From: Desulfobulbus propionicus DSM 2032 | GTDB lineage: Bacteria; Desulfobacterota; Desulfobulbia; Desulfobulbales; Desulfobulbaceae | Direction of reading: 5' to 3' | NCBI RefSeq assembly: GCF_000186885.1 | Contig: NC_014972.1 | Span: forward strand, 1,890,001 to 1,922,000 | DNA: 32,000 bases | Notes under the pieces: model-generated | The model's database searches: none | What the model was told of the DNA's origin: nothing | The model's input: the letters and a program-made list of their open reading frames with translations, nothing else | In this document: positions 1 to 9,646 of the stretch, one piece after another | Layout of the letters: each line of letters starts with the position of its first letter | How positions within the stretch are numbered: position 1 is the stretch's first letter | Position numbers and translations under genes: made by a program

Positions 1-173
1 CCAAATGCGCCCGCCACACCCCGGGCATCGGTCTGGCGAGCATGCGGGAGCGGGTTCAATACGTCAAGGGCGAGTTCACCATCCAGTCCGAACCTGGACA
101 GGGAACGGTGATCGAACTGTCCATTCCCCTGCAGAGGGTGGAGTATGAAAAAACCAAGAATACTGTTGGCTGA
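1..173 (+). CDS. C-terminal fragment of a sensor histidine kinase (HATPase_c end, NarX/LiaS-like class); the 5' part lies outside the window
   Basis: Frame 3 reads ...GIGLASMRERVQYVKGEFTIQSEPGQGTVIELSIPLQRVEYEKTKNTVG*, with stop TGA at 171-173. The G-x-G-L..MRER....G.GT ending is typical of kinases paired with NarL/FixJ regulators. It overlaps the next start codon by 29 nt. Confidence 0.75.
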   Translation, partial: KCARHTPGIGLASMRERVQYVKGEFTIQSEPGQGTVIELSIPLQRVEYEKTKNTVG

Positions 174-783
174 TGACCATCGCATGGTGGCCGAGGGGCT
201 GCGCGGCCTGCTGGAGCCGGACTATCAACTGGTCGGCATCGTCGAGGATGGCCGGGCCCTGCTTGAGGCGGCGGACCGGCTCATGCCCGACGTGGTGGTG
301 GCGGATGTCTCCATGCCGCTGCTGAACGGGATCGAGGCGGTACGGCAGCTCAAGAAGAAAAACAAGGAAATCGCGGTGGTCTTTCTCACCATGCACCTCG
401 ATGTCGCCTACGCGGCCAGTGCCTTCGAAGCCGGCGCCTCGGGATATGTGCTCAAACATTCGGCTCCGTCGGAGCTGCTGGTCGCCATCGGCAGCGCGCT
501 CAAGGGACGAACCTACATCACGCCGTTGCTGGCCGGTGAACTGCTCAACTACCAGCGCAACCGGCCCAGCGGCGACCAAGAGGGCGGGGTTGCCCGTCTG
601 ACCGCACGCCAGCGCGAGGTGCTGCAGTTGATTGCCGAGGGACTTTCGGTCAAGGAGGCCGCCGCCGTGCTCGGTATTTCCTCCCGCACGGTGGAGTTTC
701 ATAAATACAGCATGATGGAGATCTTGGGACTGAAAAGTTCAGCTGAATTGATGCGCTTTGCCGTCGAACACGGCATCAAGTGA
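145..783 (+). CDS. NarL/FixJ-family response regulator (receiver domain plus LuxR-type HTH)
   Basis: 212 aa. The N-terminal receiver reads ILLADDH...VVVADVSMP...VVFLTMH. The C-terminal part, LTARQREVLQLIAEGLSVKEAAAVLGISSRTVEFHKYSMMEILG, is a classic LuxR/GerE HTH. Confidence 0.9.
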   Translation: MKKPRILLADDHRMVAEGLRGLLEPDYQLVGIVEDGRALLEAADRLMPDVVVADVSMPLLNGIEAVRQLKKKNKEIAVVFLTMHLDVAYAASAFEAGASGYVLKHSAPSELLVAIGSALKGRTYITPLLAGELLNYQRNRPSGDQEGGVARLTARQREVLQLIAEGLSVKEAAAVLGISSRTVEFHKYSMMEILGLKSSAELMRFAVEHGIK

Positions 784-910
784 ATCGGCGGTCGAGGCGG
801 ACGGAAGGCAAAGAAAACCTGCTCAAACAAATGACTGCTTGAGCAGGAAGGAGAGAGGGGCGTTCCAAGGGACTGCCTGCATGCCGCGCCCCCTGCACCA
901 TGCACTCTGA

Positions 911-940
911 CAACCGCCCGGCCCAATCGCCGGGCGGTTG
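911..940. terminator. GC-rich hairpin between convergent genes (probable bidirectional terminator)
   Basis: CAACCGCCCGGC-ccaatc-GCCGGGCGGTTG forms a perfect 12-bp stem followed by TGTT. It lies between the stop of the regulator gene (783) and the stop of the minus-strand OMP gene (950). Confidence 0.5.
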
Positions 941-949
941 TGTTATGGC

Positions 950-1885
950 TCAAAAGCTCCAGATTTTCCCCAGCTTGATCTCGATGCGGATATCATCGGA
1001 GGCGGTGGCCACGTCGTAATCCCGCACCACCGGAACAAACAGACCCGCGCCCAGCCACATATTCCATTGCGGCATCACATAGTTGGCCGTTGGGCCCACA
1101 TACACTTCAGTGGCGTCATTGTTCATATCCCTGCCGGCGCGTTCCCACGAGCGGCAGTTTTCAGCGGTGAATTCCAGACCGATGTCGAAATGCGGATTGA
1201 ACACGTAATGGTAGCTGCCGGTCATGGTCCAGGCGGTATCCTTTTTCACCCCCTGGTTGCCGGTTTCGGTCGGTTGCACAAAGCCCAGGTCCCAGTCCAC
1301 CCGGTGCTTGGGATGCCAGACCTTGGTGACGCCGATCTTGGCATTGTAGGACCAGACATCGCCGCCAACCGGATGATCCGGGCCTTCCTGGCCGGTGGGC
1401 ATGTTGACGCCCAGGGTGGCGGCCAGGCTCAGAGGATCGCCCAGCCGCTGGGACATGATGGCGTAGGAGGCGCCCAGGGCGAAATCTGTCGGCCCATCGA
1501 TGCGATCCGAAGCTAAGTTGCCGTAGGCGTCGCGGTGATTGTTGATGTATCCCGGCACAAAGGCGATCTCGACCCGCTCGGTGAGGCCGTAGCGCAGCTT
1601 GAGCAGGTACAGTTCGCTCTCCATGGTCCTGGCGCCAAAGCCGGCGTCGTCGACGATGTCATCCTTGTCTCGATAGGAAAAATTCAACGCGCTCAGCAGC
1701 AGCCCCTTGGGCACCAGTCCGCCGCCGCTGATGGCGGAGTTGACCGGCGTGCCGCTCAGTCCTCCCATCTTTTCCGTTTGCGGCTGTTCGGTCACTGTGC
1801 TGTCCGCAGCCGCCGCATGCATGGCTGTCAGACAGGAGAGCATCATGCAGCAAACGAATGCCTGGTGTGTTTTCTTTTCAATCAT
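950..1885 (-). CDS. Outer-membrane beta-barrel protein (possibly MetA-pathway/'transporter' OMP family; the family assignment is tentative)
   Basis: The ORF track gives 950..1981. I prefer the start at 1885 (MIEKKTHQAFVCCMMLSCLTAMHAAAADS, a signal peptide) because GGAGGG sits just upstream. The sequence has alternating beta-strand-like character and ends ...KLGKIWSF, the aromatic C-terminus typical of OMPs. Confidence 0.75.
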   Translation of the reverse strand: MIEKKTHQAFVCCMMLSCLTAMHAAAADSTVTEQPQTEKMGGLSGTPVNSAISGGGLVPKGLLLSALNFSYRDKDDIVDDAGFGARTMESELYLLKLRYGLTERVEIAFVPGYINNHRDAYGNLASDRIDGPTDFALGASYAIMSQRLGDPLSLAATLGVNMPTGQEGPDHPVGGDVWSYNAKIGVTKVWHPKHRVDWDLGFVQPTETGNQGVKKDTAWTMTGSYHYVFNPHFDIGLEFTAENCRSWERAGRDMNNDATEVYVGPTANYVMPQWNMWLGAGLFVPVVRDYDVATASDDIRIEIKLGKIWSF

Positions 1886-2318
1886 CCAACCCTCCATTGT
1901 GTCAAAAATACCGTGGCAACATGAATCGTGCAGGAACGGCTGGCCAAATTCGACCAACAGGGGTGCCGTTCGTTGGCCCACTAAACCAAAGCAGAGGGAG
2001 GAGAACAGCTCGCAAATTTACCAGGATTTGGAAATATTCTTCCCAATATGACCGGCAGACAGGCAGCCATCACTTTGCTCTGTGTGATTGAATCGGGGGA
2101 GGGGAGGGCGGTCGTGAACGCGCGTCATGGACCAGGGCGATGCTCTTCTTTGGGTGATTCCTTGGCCGATTGGGAAATTCACTCAAATGAAAGCATGCGA
2201 AATCAAATAAATGAAGATGGTTGACCGCTGTCTTTCCAAGAGGGGCGCAAACAAGGGGAGGGGGCGGAAAAGCCTTGAGTGCCCGCATTTTACACCTGAT
2301 CCGCTCATTTTTTTTCCT

Positions 2319-2347
2319 TTGACAAAGAAATCTTTTTTTATTTTAGT
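2319..2347 (+). promoter_or_regulatory. Candidate sigma70-type promoter for the HU gene
   Basis: Perfect -35 TTGACA (2319-2324), 17-nt spacer, then TTTAGT (2342-2347; 4/6 match to TATAAT). A T-rich tract lies upstream. The site is about 80 nt before the HU start. Motif match only. Confidence 0.4.
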
Positions 2348-2426
2348 TTCGGCGTTGTCAACAGATGCCGCGTCAGGAACGAGAGCCTGGCTGTTGTGGC
2401 AATGGTCAAAACTCTGGGAGGGAAGA

Positions 2427-2699
2427 ATGAATAAAAAGGAACTGGTTGAGTCCATGGCGGAGGCGGCAGAAATCAGTAAGGCCGCGGCCGAAAAAGCGCT
2501 GAATGGAATGCTTATGGCTGTCTCTGACGCACTGGCCAAGGGAGACAAGGTAACCCTGGTTGGCTTCGGAACATTTTCCACCGTCAAACGCACCGAACGC
2601 AAAGCGAAAAATCCTCGTACCGGTGCAATGATCGAAATCCCCTCCAAAACGATCGCCAAGTTCAAACCGGGCAGCAAACTGTCTGACGCTGTCAACTAA
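2427..2699 (+). CDS. hup: DNA-binding protein HU
   Basis: 90 aa starting MNKKELVESMAEAAEISKAAAEKALNGMLMAVSDALAKGDKVTLVGFGTFSTVKRTERKAKNPRTGAMIEIPSKTIAKFKPGSKLSDAVN. It aligns end to end with E. coli HU-beta. GGGAGGGAAG RBS upstream. The longer ORF from 2211 is rejected. Confidence 0.95.
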   Translation: MNKKELVESMAEAAEISKAAAEKALNGMLMAVSDALAKGDKVTLVGFGTFSTVKRTERKAKNPRTGAMIEIPSKTIAKFKPGSKLSDAVN

Positions 2700-2721
2700 C
2701 GGTCCTTTTCATCGACGGGTG

Positions 2722-2751
2722 AAAAACAGCTGACGGTCGTCAGCTGTTTTT
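2722..2751 (+). terminator. Rho-independent terminator after hup
   Basis: AAAAACAGCTGAC-ggtc-GTCAGCTGTTTTTGTTT: a 13-bp stem followed by a T-run. Confidence 0.7.
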
Positions 2752-2923
2752 GTTTGTACCTTCCCAGCCTGGTCATGGTTGTCGTGTTCATGCGATTCCT
2801 GAACATTCCGTTCATGTCGAGAAGAGTAAAAAAAATCGATGAAAAGGGCTGGACACGAAGAACAAACCATGCTAAATGGGTAGCCGCATTTGATGGCGAC
2901 ATCTTCTGCGGCACAAAACGGAT

Positions 2924-3000
2924 CGGGAAGTGGCTCAGTCTGGTAGAGCACAGCGTTCGGGACGCTGGGGTCGGAGGTTCGAATCCTCTCTTCCCGACCA
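2924..3000 (+). tRNA. tRNA-Pro (anticodon CGG), with CCA encoded
   Basis: Cloverleaf read by hand. Acceptor CGGGAAG/CTTCCCG; D-arm GCTC/GAGC; anticodon stem CAGCG/CGCTG with loop TTCGGGA (anticodon CGG); T-arm GGAGG-TTCGAAT-CCTCT; then A-CCA. Very close to E. coli proK. Confidence 0.95.
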
Positions 3001-3043
3001 CTTACACATGATGCACTGGTACAATGCTTACCAATGCTTAGTC

Positions 3044-3077
3044 AAAAAAAGCCTGGGCTTAATGCTCAGGCTTTTTT
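3044..3077 (+). terminator. Rho-independent terminator after tRNA-Pro
   Basis: AAAAAAA-GCCTGGGC-ttaat-GCTCAGGC-TTTTTT: an 8-bp stem with one G-U pair, flanked by an A-run and a T-run. Confidence 0.7.
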
Positions 3078-3220
3078 ATTGCCTATCGACAGCCTGGAAA
3101 AAGGTTCGGGTCGTTCTTATACTAGCCCGAACAGACAAGGATTGTGGTCCGTTCCCTTTGCCGCGATCGGATGCACAACGGGTTATGTGATGTGCATAAA
3201 CATGCAAGGAGTGCCCTGCC

Positions 3221-3664
3221 GTGAATACCATGATCGTCTGCCCCGGATGCGGGGCCAAAAACAGAATTCCCCCGGAAAAGCAGCACCTGACCCCCAAATG
3301 CGGCCGGTGCGGCACGTCGCTTGCCGGCGCGCCGGTGTCCGGTCTGGTCAACCCGATCCTCGACGCCCAATTCCATCAGTGGATCGAACGGTCGCCCCTG
3401 CCGGTCCTGCTTGATTTGTATTCGCCCACCTGCGGCCCCTGCCGGACCATCGCCCCGACCATCGAGGCACTGGCCCGCGAGTATGCCGGCCGGCTGCTGG
3501 TGTTCAAACTCGACACCTCGACCCAGCAGATGACCGCGGCCCGATTTCAGATTCGCGGGGTGCCGACCCTGCTGTTTTTCAAGGAAGGGCAGATGGTCGA
3601 TCAGTTGGTCGGCGCCGTTCCTCGTACGGAAATTGAACAGCGGATCCTTTCCCTGTTGCGGTAA
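3221..3664 (+). CDS. trxC: Thioredoxin 2-type thioredoxin (N-terminal zinc-finger CxxC...CxxC plus thioredoxin fold)
   Basis: 147 aa. CPGCGAKNRIP...CGRCGTSL aligns with the E. coli TrxC zinc finger, and the fold ends ...GVPTLLFFKEGQMVDQLVGAVP. The active site reads TCGPC rather than WCGPC. GTG start at 3221 lies 9 nt after AAGGAG; ATG at 3230 is the alternative. Confidence 0.9.
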   Translation: MNTMIVCPGCGAKNRIPPEKQHLTPKCGRCGTSLAGAPVSGLVNPILDAQFHQWIERSPLPVLLDLYSPTCGPCRTIAPTIEALAREYAGRLLVFKLDTSTQQMTAARFQIRGVPTLLFFKEGQMVDQLVGAVPRTEIEQRILSLLR

Positions 3665-3695
3665 GCTGTTCGCCGTTTGTTGGCTTCATCTCCTC

Positions 3696-4901
3696 ATGCC
3701 GCCTCAACCACCAGCGCCGCCGATTGACCTGCCCTTTGGTCCGGGGACAGCTCCCCTCAGTCGGCAGGGCGAAGAAAGGGGGCGGTTTTTGTTTGTCGAT
3801 GCGATGCGCGGTCTGGCCATGATGGTCATGATCGAGGTGCACACGATCAACAGCCTGATGCAGCCCGGATACCGCCGGGTTACCTGGTTTGGTCTGCTCG
3901 ATTTTCTCAACGGCCTGGTGGCCCCCGCCTTTCTCTTTGTCGCCGGTTTTGCCTTTCTCCTGGCCAACGAACGCTGCCGTGACGAGCTGGGCACTGGCGG
4001 GCCGCCGCTGATGCGCACCGTGGGGCGGATCGGCCTGATCTGGCTGACCGGCTACCTGCTCCATATTCCGTACTTTTCGCTCCACGATTGGCACCAGTTG
4101 GCCACCCCTGAACAGTGGCGGCAGTTTTTCAGCGTCGATGTGCTGCAGTGCATCGCCTGTGGCCTGTCGATCCTTCTGGGCGCGCGCCTGCTGGCTAACA
4201 ATGAGCGAACCTTTTCCCTGACCATCGGTCTGCTGCTCTGTTTGGCGGTGCTGCCGGCCCCTTGGGTCTACCGGACCGATCTTGGTTGGCTGCCGTTCGG
4301 GGTGGCCGCCTATCTTCGCCCCCTCGGCTCGACGCTCTTTCCCCTGCTACCCTGGTTCGGCTTCATGGCCGCAGGGGTGCTGGCCGGCCGTCTGTTTCTC
4401 GACGCGCGGCAAAGGGGCGACGAAAATCGCTGGGTGGCGAGGATGGCCCTGTTGGGCACGGGACTGAGCGCAGTCAGTCTGCCGTTGCTCTTTGTGCTCA
4501 AGGACCAGCTGGGATGGATTGTCGACGAGCGTCCCCATCTGCTGTTTTTCACCGGCCGGCTCGGTTGCGTTCTCCTGCTGCTGGCTCTTTGTCACTTGGT
4601 GTGTCACGGAAAGACACGGGGTATTTCCCTGCTGCGTTACTCCAGCCGGGAATCGCTCATGGTGTACTTCGTCCATTTGCAGATCCTCTACCGGCCGTTC
4701 TGGGAGGGCAAGTCATTGGTGATGCGGGTTGGGCAGCAGTATAGCCTTGTCGCCTCGCTGGGCATGGCCCTGCTGCTCGTCAGTCTGATGCTGCCCCTGG
4801 CCTGGGGCTGGCATCGGGTCAAGCAGCGCTATCGGCGTGCCAGCCGTCACCTGCTGCACCTCGTCCTGGTGGGCGGCACCGTTCTGTTTCTCGTTGGTTG
4901 A
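3696..4901 (+). CDS. Polytopic membrane protein, DUF1624 / heparan-alpha-glucosaminide N-acetyltransferase-like acyltransferase family (tentative)
   Basis: RFLFVDAMRGLAMMVMIEVH matches the R..-D..RG......-H opening motif of that family as I recall it. Many hydrophobic segments follow. I chose the start at M22 of the tracked ORF (3696) to avoid overlap with trxC. The RBS is weak. Confidence 0.7.
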   Translation: MPPQPPAPPIDLPFGPGTAPLSRQGEERGRFLFVDAMRGLAMMVMIEVHTINSLMQPGYRRVTWFGLLDFLNGLVAPAFLFVAGFAFLLANERCRDELGTGGPPLMRTVGRIGLIWLTGYLLHIPYFSLHDWHQLATPEQWRQFFSVDVLQCIACGLSILLGARLLANNERTFSLTIGLLLCLAVLPAPWVYRTDLGWLPFGVAAYLRPLGSTLFPLLPWFGFMAAGVLAGRLFLDARQRGDENRWVARMALLGTGLSAVSLPLLFVLKDQLGWIVDERPHLLFFTGRLGCVLLLLALCHLVCHGKTRGISLLRYSSRESLMVYFVHLQILYRPFWEGKSLVMRVGQQYSLVASLGMALLLVSLMLPLAWGWHRVKQRYRRASRHLLHLVLVGGTVLFLVG

Positions 4902-4919
4902 CCACCACCTTCGTGCTGG

Positions 4920-6350
4920 CTATTGCTCCGCCGCACCGTCCGCATGGGAAGAGGACTGCCCTGGCCGACGGGTTTCACCGCCCAGGGCCTTGGCCAGGGT
5001 AATATGGTTTTGCAGTTGATTGAAGCGGTTCTCCGCCAGGTTGATTTCCGCCTGCCGCCGGTCTTCCTGGGCATCGAGCCAGGATTTGAGCGCGCTGCCT
5101 CCTGCCTGGTAGCGGATTCGATACAGTTCTTCGGTTCGCTTGGCCGCTGCCAGGGTCTGTTGCAGTTTTTCTTCCTCCATCCGGTACTGCTGGCGGGCCG
5201 AGAGACTGTTCTCCACCTCCGCCAGGGCACGGTAGAGCGTCTGGCGAAATTCGAGCACCGCCTGTTCGTATTCGGCCTCGGCAATCTTGATGGTGCGGCG
5301 CATGTCCCGCCACTGGATAAAGGGCAGGGCCAGTTCCGCCCCCAGGGCGGCAATAGGATTGCTCAACAGACGGGAAAGCTCCTCGCTGCTGCCGCCAAAG
5401 GAACCGCTGAGGCTGATGGCCGGGTAATAGGAAGCGCGGGTGGCGTCGCTGCTGGCCAGCAGCGATCGCAGCCGGGCTTCAGCGGCGCGCAGATCCGGCC
5501 GCCTGGCGAGCAGGGAGGCCGGCAGACCGGCCTCCACTCCCGGCAGGATGACGGTAGTCAAGTCTTGCGGTTCACGGATGGCCAGACTTTGCGGCGGCCC
5601 GTCAAAGAGGATGGCCAGACTGTTGCGGGCCTCGACCCGTTGCTGAACGAGACTGGTGTGGCTTGCCTCCTGACTTGCCAGACTGCGCTCTGCCTCCAGG
5701 ATTTCCAGGGTCGTGACTGCCCCCGCCGCCTTCTGCACCCGTACCAGTTCAAGGGTACGGCGGGCATAGGCGATGCTGGCCTCGGACAGGGAGATGCGTT
5801 GATTGAGATAGCCGATCTGCCAGTAGAGCGAGGCGGTCGTGCCCACCAGGGAGAGGGCCGTGCTGGCGCGGTCCTCGTCCGTGGCCACCGCTTGCCAGCG
5901 GGCCGCGTCAGAAGTACTGCCCAGCCTGTTCCACAGATCCAGTTCATATCCAACCGCGGCCGAGACGGCAACGGTGCGGGTTTCACCGCTTTTCGCCCCC
6001 AGATTGCGGCTGTAGTCCGTGCTGCCGCCCACGGCCAGGCTTGGCAGCCGGTCACTGTCCGCCAGTTCCGCCTGGAGTGCGGCCTTGCGCACCAGCACGG
6101 TGGCCGCGGCCAGGTCATTGTTGCGCCGCAGCGCCTCGCCGACCAGCTGGTTGAGCACCGGATCATCGAACCCTTCCCACCAACGGTCCGCCAACACTTT
6201 GCCGACCTCGGACCGATGCGTCCACGAGGCCGGCAGACGCGCCTCGGGGGTGGTGTAGGGGGTGTGGGTCAGGGCACCGCAGCCGCTCAGGACAAGAACC
6301 ACCAACGCGGTGCTGAAATATTTGCCAGAAATTGGACGCATTGGAATCAC
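4920..6350 (-). CDS. Outer-membrane efflux lipoprotein, NodT/OMF family
   Basis: 476 aa. Lipobox VLVLSGC at the N-terminus, and two TolC-like repeats (...LDLWNRL..., ...LAEVENSL...). The start overlaps the macB stop by 4 nt. Confidence 0.9.
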   Translation of the reverse strand: MIPMRPISGKYFSTALVVLVLSGCGALTHTPYTTPEARLPASWTHRSEVGKVLADRWWEGFDDPVLNQLVGEALRRNNDLAAATVLVRKAALQAELADSDRLPSLAVGGSTDYSRNLGAKSGETRTVAVSAAVGYELDLWNRLGSTSDAARWQAVATDEDRASTALSLVGTTASLYWQIGYLNQRISLSEASIAYARRTLELVRVQKAAGAVTTLEILEAERSLASQEASHTSLVQQRVEARNSLAILFDGPPQSLAIREPQDLTTVILPGVEAGLPASLLARRPDLRAAEARLRSLLASSDATRASYYPAISLSGSFGGSSEELSRLLSNPIAALGAELALPFIQWRDMRRTIKIAEAEYEQAVLEFRQTLYRALAEVENSLSARQQYRMEEEKLQQTLAAAKRTEELYRIRYQAGGSALKSWLDAQEDRRQAEINLAENRFNQLQNHITLAKALGGETRRPGQSSSHADGAAEQ

Positions 6351-8302
6351 TCCCGCGACAGGGCCACCACCGGATCGAGGCGGGCGGCATTGCGCGCCGG
6401 CAGAAATCCGAACAGCACGCCGATGAAGGTTGAACAGAGAAAGGCGCTGACAATGGCACTGGTGGAATAGATCAGCTTGAAATCGCTGCCGGAAAAGGTG
6501 ACCGCCACCCCAAGGCCCAACGCCAGGCCAATGCCGAGAAAGCCGCCGAGCAAGCAGACCAACACCGCCTCAATGAGAAACTGCTGCATGATGTCGCTGT
6601 GACGGGCGCCCACGGCCATGCGTACCCCGATCTCCTGGGTGCGCTCGGTCACCGAAACGAGCATGATGTTCATCACGCCGATGCCGCCTACCAGCAGTGA
6701 AATCAAGGCGATGGAAGAGATCAGCAGGGTCATGGTCTGGGTGGTTTTCTCAATGGTCTGGCGGATGGAATCGAGGTTGGATACGAAAAAATCCTTGGTT
6801 CCGTGGCGCTGGGTGAGCAGTTTGACCACGCTTTGCTCGGCCACCGCGCTCGACACGCTGTCGGCCACCCGCACGGTGATCGAGCGCAGATACTGCTGGC
6901 CGGTCAGTCGATGCATGGCCGTGGTATAGGGAACCCACAGATTGAGCGTGTCGGTGTCGCCGAAATTGGAATCCATTTTCTTGGTCACCCCGATCACCCG
7001 GCAGGGAACCTTGCCCAGCATGATGACCTGACCCAACACCTCGTTGGGGGTGTCGGCGAACAGAGCGCGGCGGGTGTTCTGGTCGATGACCACGTCCTGG
7101 GCGCTCGCCCGCACGCTGGCGCGGTCAAACAACTGCCCCTCGGCCAGTTCCATGCCGCGTACCCGGAAATAGTGCTCGCCCACCCCGTTGACCTGGGCGG
7201 TGACGCTGACGCTGCGGTGGATCAGGGTGACCGATTTGGTGACTACCGGGGTGACGGTGTCCACATAGGGCTGTTGGGCCAGGGCATCCGCATCGCGGGG
7301 GATGAGGGTGCGAACTCTGCCCGAACGCATGTCGCCGAAATCCTTGCCCGGATAGATGCTGATGGTGTTGGTGCCCATCGCGCTGATATCCTTGAGGATA
7401 CGCTGGCGGGACCCCTCGCCCAGGGCCACCACCGAAACTACCGAGGCAATGCCGATGATGATGCCGAGCATGGTCAGCAGGGTGCGCAGCCGATGCGAGG
7501 CCATGGCCAGGGTGGCCATGTGAAAGGCCTCGGCAAATCGGTCCCACTGGGCCCGCCACCGGGAGGATTCTCCCGCGGCCTTGGGTGAATGGGCGCCTTT
7601 GTTGCTGTCCGTCCTGATTCGCCGGTCGGCGACGATGGCCCCGTCGCTCAGTTCGATGATCCGGTTGGCGTGCTGAGCCACCTGCAGATCATGGGTCACG
7701 AGGATGATCGTATGGCCGTCATCGTTGAGTTCCTTGAGGATGGTCATCACCTCGTTGCCGCTGGCCGTGTCCAGGGCGCCGGTGGGCTCGTCGGCCAGAA
7801 TCACCGCGCCGCCGTTCATCAGGGCTCGGGCGATGGAGACCCGCTGCTGCTGGCCGCCGGACAGCTTGCCCGGCACGTGTTCCATGCGGTCGGCCATGTT
7901 CAGGCGTGTGAGCAGGGCCGCCGCCCGTGCCAGGCGATCCCGGCTGTTCATTCCGGCATAGATGGCCGGAATCTCGACGTTGGCCAGGGCGTTGAGGTTG
8001 CCCAGCAGGTGGTAGCGCTGAAAGATGAAACCAAAATGCTCACGGCGCAGAAACGCCAGCTCGTCCGGCGCAAGTTGGCCGGTTTCCTGACCGTTGACCC
8101 GATACACGCCCCGGCTGGGCCGATCGAGGCAGCCGATGATGTTCATCAGGGTAGACTTGCCCGAACCGGAAGTACCGACAATGGCCACCATCTCGCCGGC
8201 CTCGATGGTCAGGTCGATGGACTTGAGCACGGTCAGCACCTCGTCGCCGGAGGGATAGTCGCGGCAGACGCCCCGCAGTTCGATCAGCGGCGTGGCCATC
8301 AC
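6347..8302 (-). CDS. macB: MacB-type ABC transporter (fused N-terminal ATPase and C-terminal FtsX-like permease)
   Basis: 651 aa. Walker [10 protein letters not shown], signature [15 protein letters not shown], Walker [12 protein letters not shown], then 4 TM segments around a large periplasmic domain. The length matches E. coli MacB. Confidence 0.92.
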   Translation of the reverse strand: MMATPLIELRGVCRDYPSGDEVLTVLKSIDLTIEAGEMVAIVGTSGSGKSTLMNIIGCLDRPSRGVYRVNGQETGQLAPDELAFLRREHFGFIFQRYHLLGNLNALANVEIPAIYAGMNSRDRLARAAALLTRLNMADRMEHVPGKLSGGQQQRVSIARALMNGGAVILADEPTGALDTASGNEVMTILKELNDDGHTIILVTHDLQVAQHANRIIELSDGAIVADRRIRTDSNKGAHSPKAAGESSRWRAQWDRFAEAFHMATLAMASHRLRTLLTMLGIIIGIASVVSVVALGEGSRQRILKDISAMGTNTISIYPGKDFGDMRSGRVRTLIPRDADALAQQPYVDTVTPVVTKSVTLIHRSVSVTAQVNGVGEHYFRVRGMELAEGQLFDRASVRASAQDVVIDQNTRRALFADTPNEVLGQVIMLGKVPCRVIGVTKKMDSNFGDTDTLNLWVPYTTAMHRLTGQQYLRSITVRVADSVSSAVAEQSVVKLLTQRHGTKDFFVSNLDSIRQTIEKTTQTMTLLISSIALISLLVGGIGVMNIMLVSVTERTQEIGVRMAVGARHSDIMQQFLIEAVLVCLLGGFLGIGLALGLGVAVTFSGSDFKLIYSTSAIVSAFLCSTFIGVLFGFLPARNAARLDPVVALSRE

Positions 8303-9522
8303 ATCATTCCCGGCATCGGGCCGCGCCGTCGCATGGTGGTGGCTGGAGCCGCGGCCGCGCTGACCTGCTCGCCGATCACCACCCGCTGTCCCTCGGTCAG
8401 CCCGTCCACCACCTCGGCCTGGACATTGTTATTGAGGCCGATTTGCACCCACTGTTCGTTGAAGGTGTTGGGTCCGGTTTCGACCCGCACCTGATAGCGC
8501 CCCTCCTTGTCCTTTGTTCCCAACGCGGCGGAGGGAATCGTCAACACGTTCTTGGCCTCGGCCAGGACAATGTTCACCTGGGTGGTCATGGAGATGCGCA
8601 GCTTGCCGTCGGGGTTGGGCACCTCCAGGATGCCCATGTAATAAATGGCGGTGCTCGATGAGCTGGAAGAGGCGGATGAACTGGAGGACGTGCTATCGTC
8701 GTTTTCTATGGACTCCGGCGCCGGTTCGATGGATTGCAGCACCGCTGGATACTGACGGTCCGGTTCGCCAAGGATGGTGAAATAGACCCGCTGTCCCGGT
8801 TGGACCCGGACCACGTCCGCCTCGGAAATCTCGACCTTGATGGTCATCCGGTCGAGTCGGGCCACCTTGATGATGGTCGGCGCGGTCTGATTGGCGTTGA
8901 CCGTCTGTCCTTCCTTGGTGACGATGGCCACCACCACGCCGTCGATGGGCGAGCTGATCTTGGTATAGCCCAGATCAAGCTGGGCGGTATCGACGGCGAT
9001 CTTGGCCTGTTCGATCTGGGCGTCCAGGGCGGTGATTTCCGCCCGCAACACCTGCAAGGTTGCCTCGGCGGCCTCGAAATCCTCGCGGGAAGCGGCATCA
9101 CCCCGCAGCATCAGGCTTTGACGTTTGTAGGCCAGCTCCGCCTGTTTCAGCGATGCCTCCTTGGCCTGCTTTTCGGCACGCACCGCTGCCAGCGCCGCGG
9201 TTTGGGTGCGCAGGGTATTCTGCTGCGGCAAACTGTCGATCTCCGCCACCAACTGCCCGGCCTTGACCGTGTCGCCCAGTTCCACCTTGAGCGACTTGAG
9301 CTGTCCGGACACCTGGGCGCCGACACTGACCATGTTTTCCGATTCCACCGTGCCGCTGGCCAGCACCGTGGTTTCGAGGTCGCCCCGGGACACGGGCGCG
9401 GTCATGTAGCCGGGCTGTTTGTCGCGGCCAAAATAATACAAGGCTCCGCCGGCAACCGCCAGCACGAGCAGGGCGGCGGGCAGCAGATAACGCCAGCGGG
9501 ATCGTTTCTGTAGGGTCTTCAT
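8299..9522 (-). CDS. macA: MacA-type periplasmic adaptor (membrane fusion protein, HlyD family)
   Basis: 407 aa. N-terminal TM anchor, a coiled-coil hairpin (...[32 protein letters not shown]...), a lipoyl motif and a beta-barrel. 4-nt overlap with macB. Contains an atypical Ser-rich insert. Confidence 0.9.
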   Translation of the reverse strand: MKTLQKRSRWRYLLPAALLVLAVAGGALYYFGRDKQPGYMTAPVSRGDLETTVLASGTVESENMVSVGAQVSGQLKSLKVELGDTVKAGQLVAEIDSLPQQNTLRTQTAALAAVRAEKQAKEASLKQAELAYKRQSLMLRGDAASREDFEAAEATLQVLRAEITALDAQIEQAKIAVDTAQLDLGYTKISSPIDGVVVAIVTKEGQTVNANQTAPTIIKVARLDRMTIKVEISEADVVRVQPGQRVYFTILGEPDRQYPAVLQSIEPAPESIENDDSTSSSSSASSSSSSTAIYYMGILEVPNPDGKLRISMTTQVNIVLAEAKNVLTIPSAALGTKDKEGRYQVRVETGPNTFNEQWVQIGLNNNVQAEVVDGLTEGQRVVIGEQVSAAAAPATTMRRRGPMPGMM

Positions 9523-9581
9523 GGCAAGGTCTGATCAGTGACGGATAAACGGCCAGCCTCGATGCGCAGAGGCGAGCTGAA

Positions 9582-9607
9582 GCGCTTCTCCAGCTGTGGA
9601 GAAGCGC
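9582..9607. promoter_or_regulatory. Perfect 11-bp inverted repeat (operator or attenuator-like hairpin) between the DUF4405-like gene and macA
   Basis: GCGCTTCTCCA-gctg-TGGAGAAGCGC. On the minus (transcribed) strand it is not followed by a U-run. Confidence 0.5.
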
Positions 9608-9646
9608 ACGGACGTTTTGCACAATAGGGCAGAATGGCTGAAATGC

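Noticed and set aside
76-702. 208-aa minus-strand ORF
   Set aside because: Antisense shadow of the NarL-family response regulator gene.
1934-1979. Paired short inverted repeats (GAACGGC/GCCGTTC and TGGCCAA/TTGGCCA) in the long OMP-hup divergent region
   Set aside because: The arms are not nested in a way that gives a single hairpin, each is only 7 nt, and I cannot tie them to any known site.
2211-2426. N-terminal extensions of tracked ORFs: HU from 2211, OMP from 1981, baeS from 10754, baeR from 12253, esterase from 12995, hydrolase from 15650, cls from 29913, SixA from 26428
   Set aside because: In each case an internal ATG or GTG with a proper Shine-Dalgarno sequence gives a protein that starts where homologues, signal peptides or TM anchors start. 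The extensions are Arg/Pro-rich and overlap neighbouring genes or terminators.
4923-6470. 515-aa plus-strand ORF
   Set aside because: It is antisense to the well-supported NodT-family lipoprotein gene and the end of macB. The translation is Gly/Arg/Ala/Gln-rich with no motif. This is a typical shadow ORF in GC-rich DNA, where stop codons are rare in the antisense frames.
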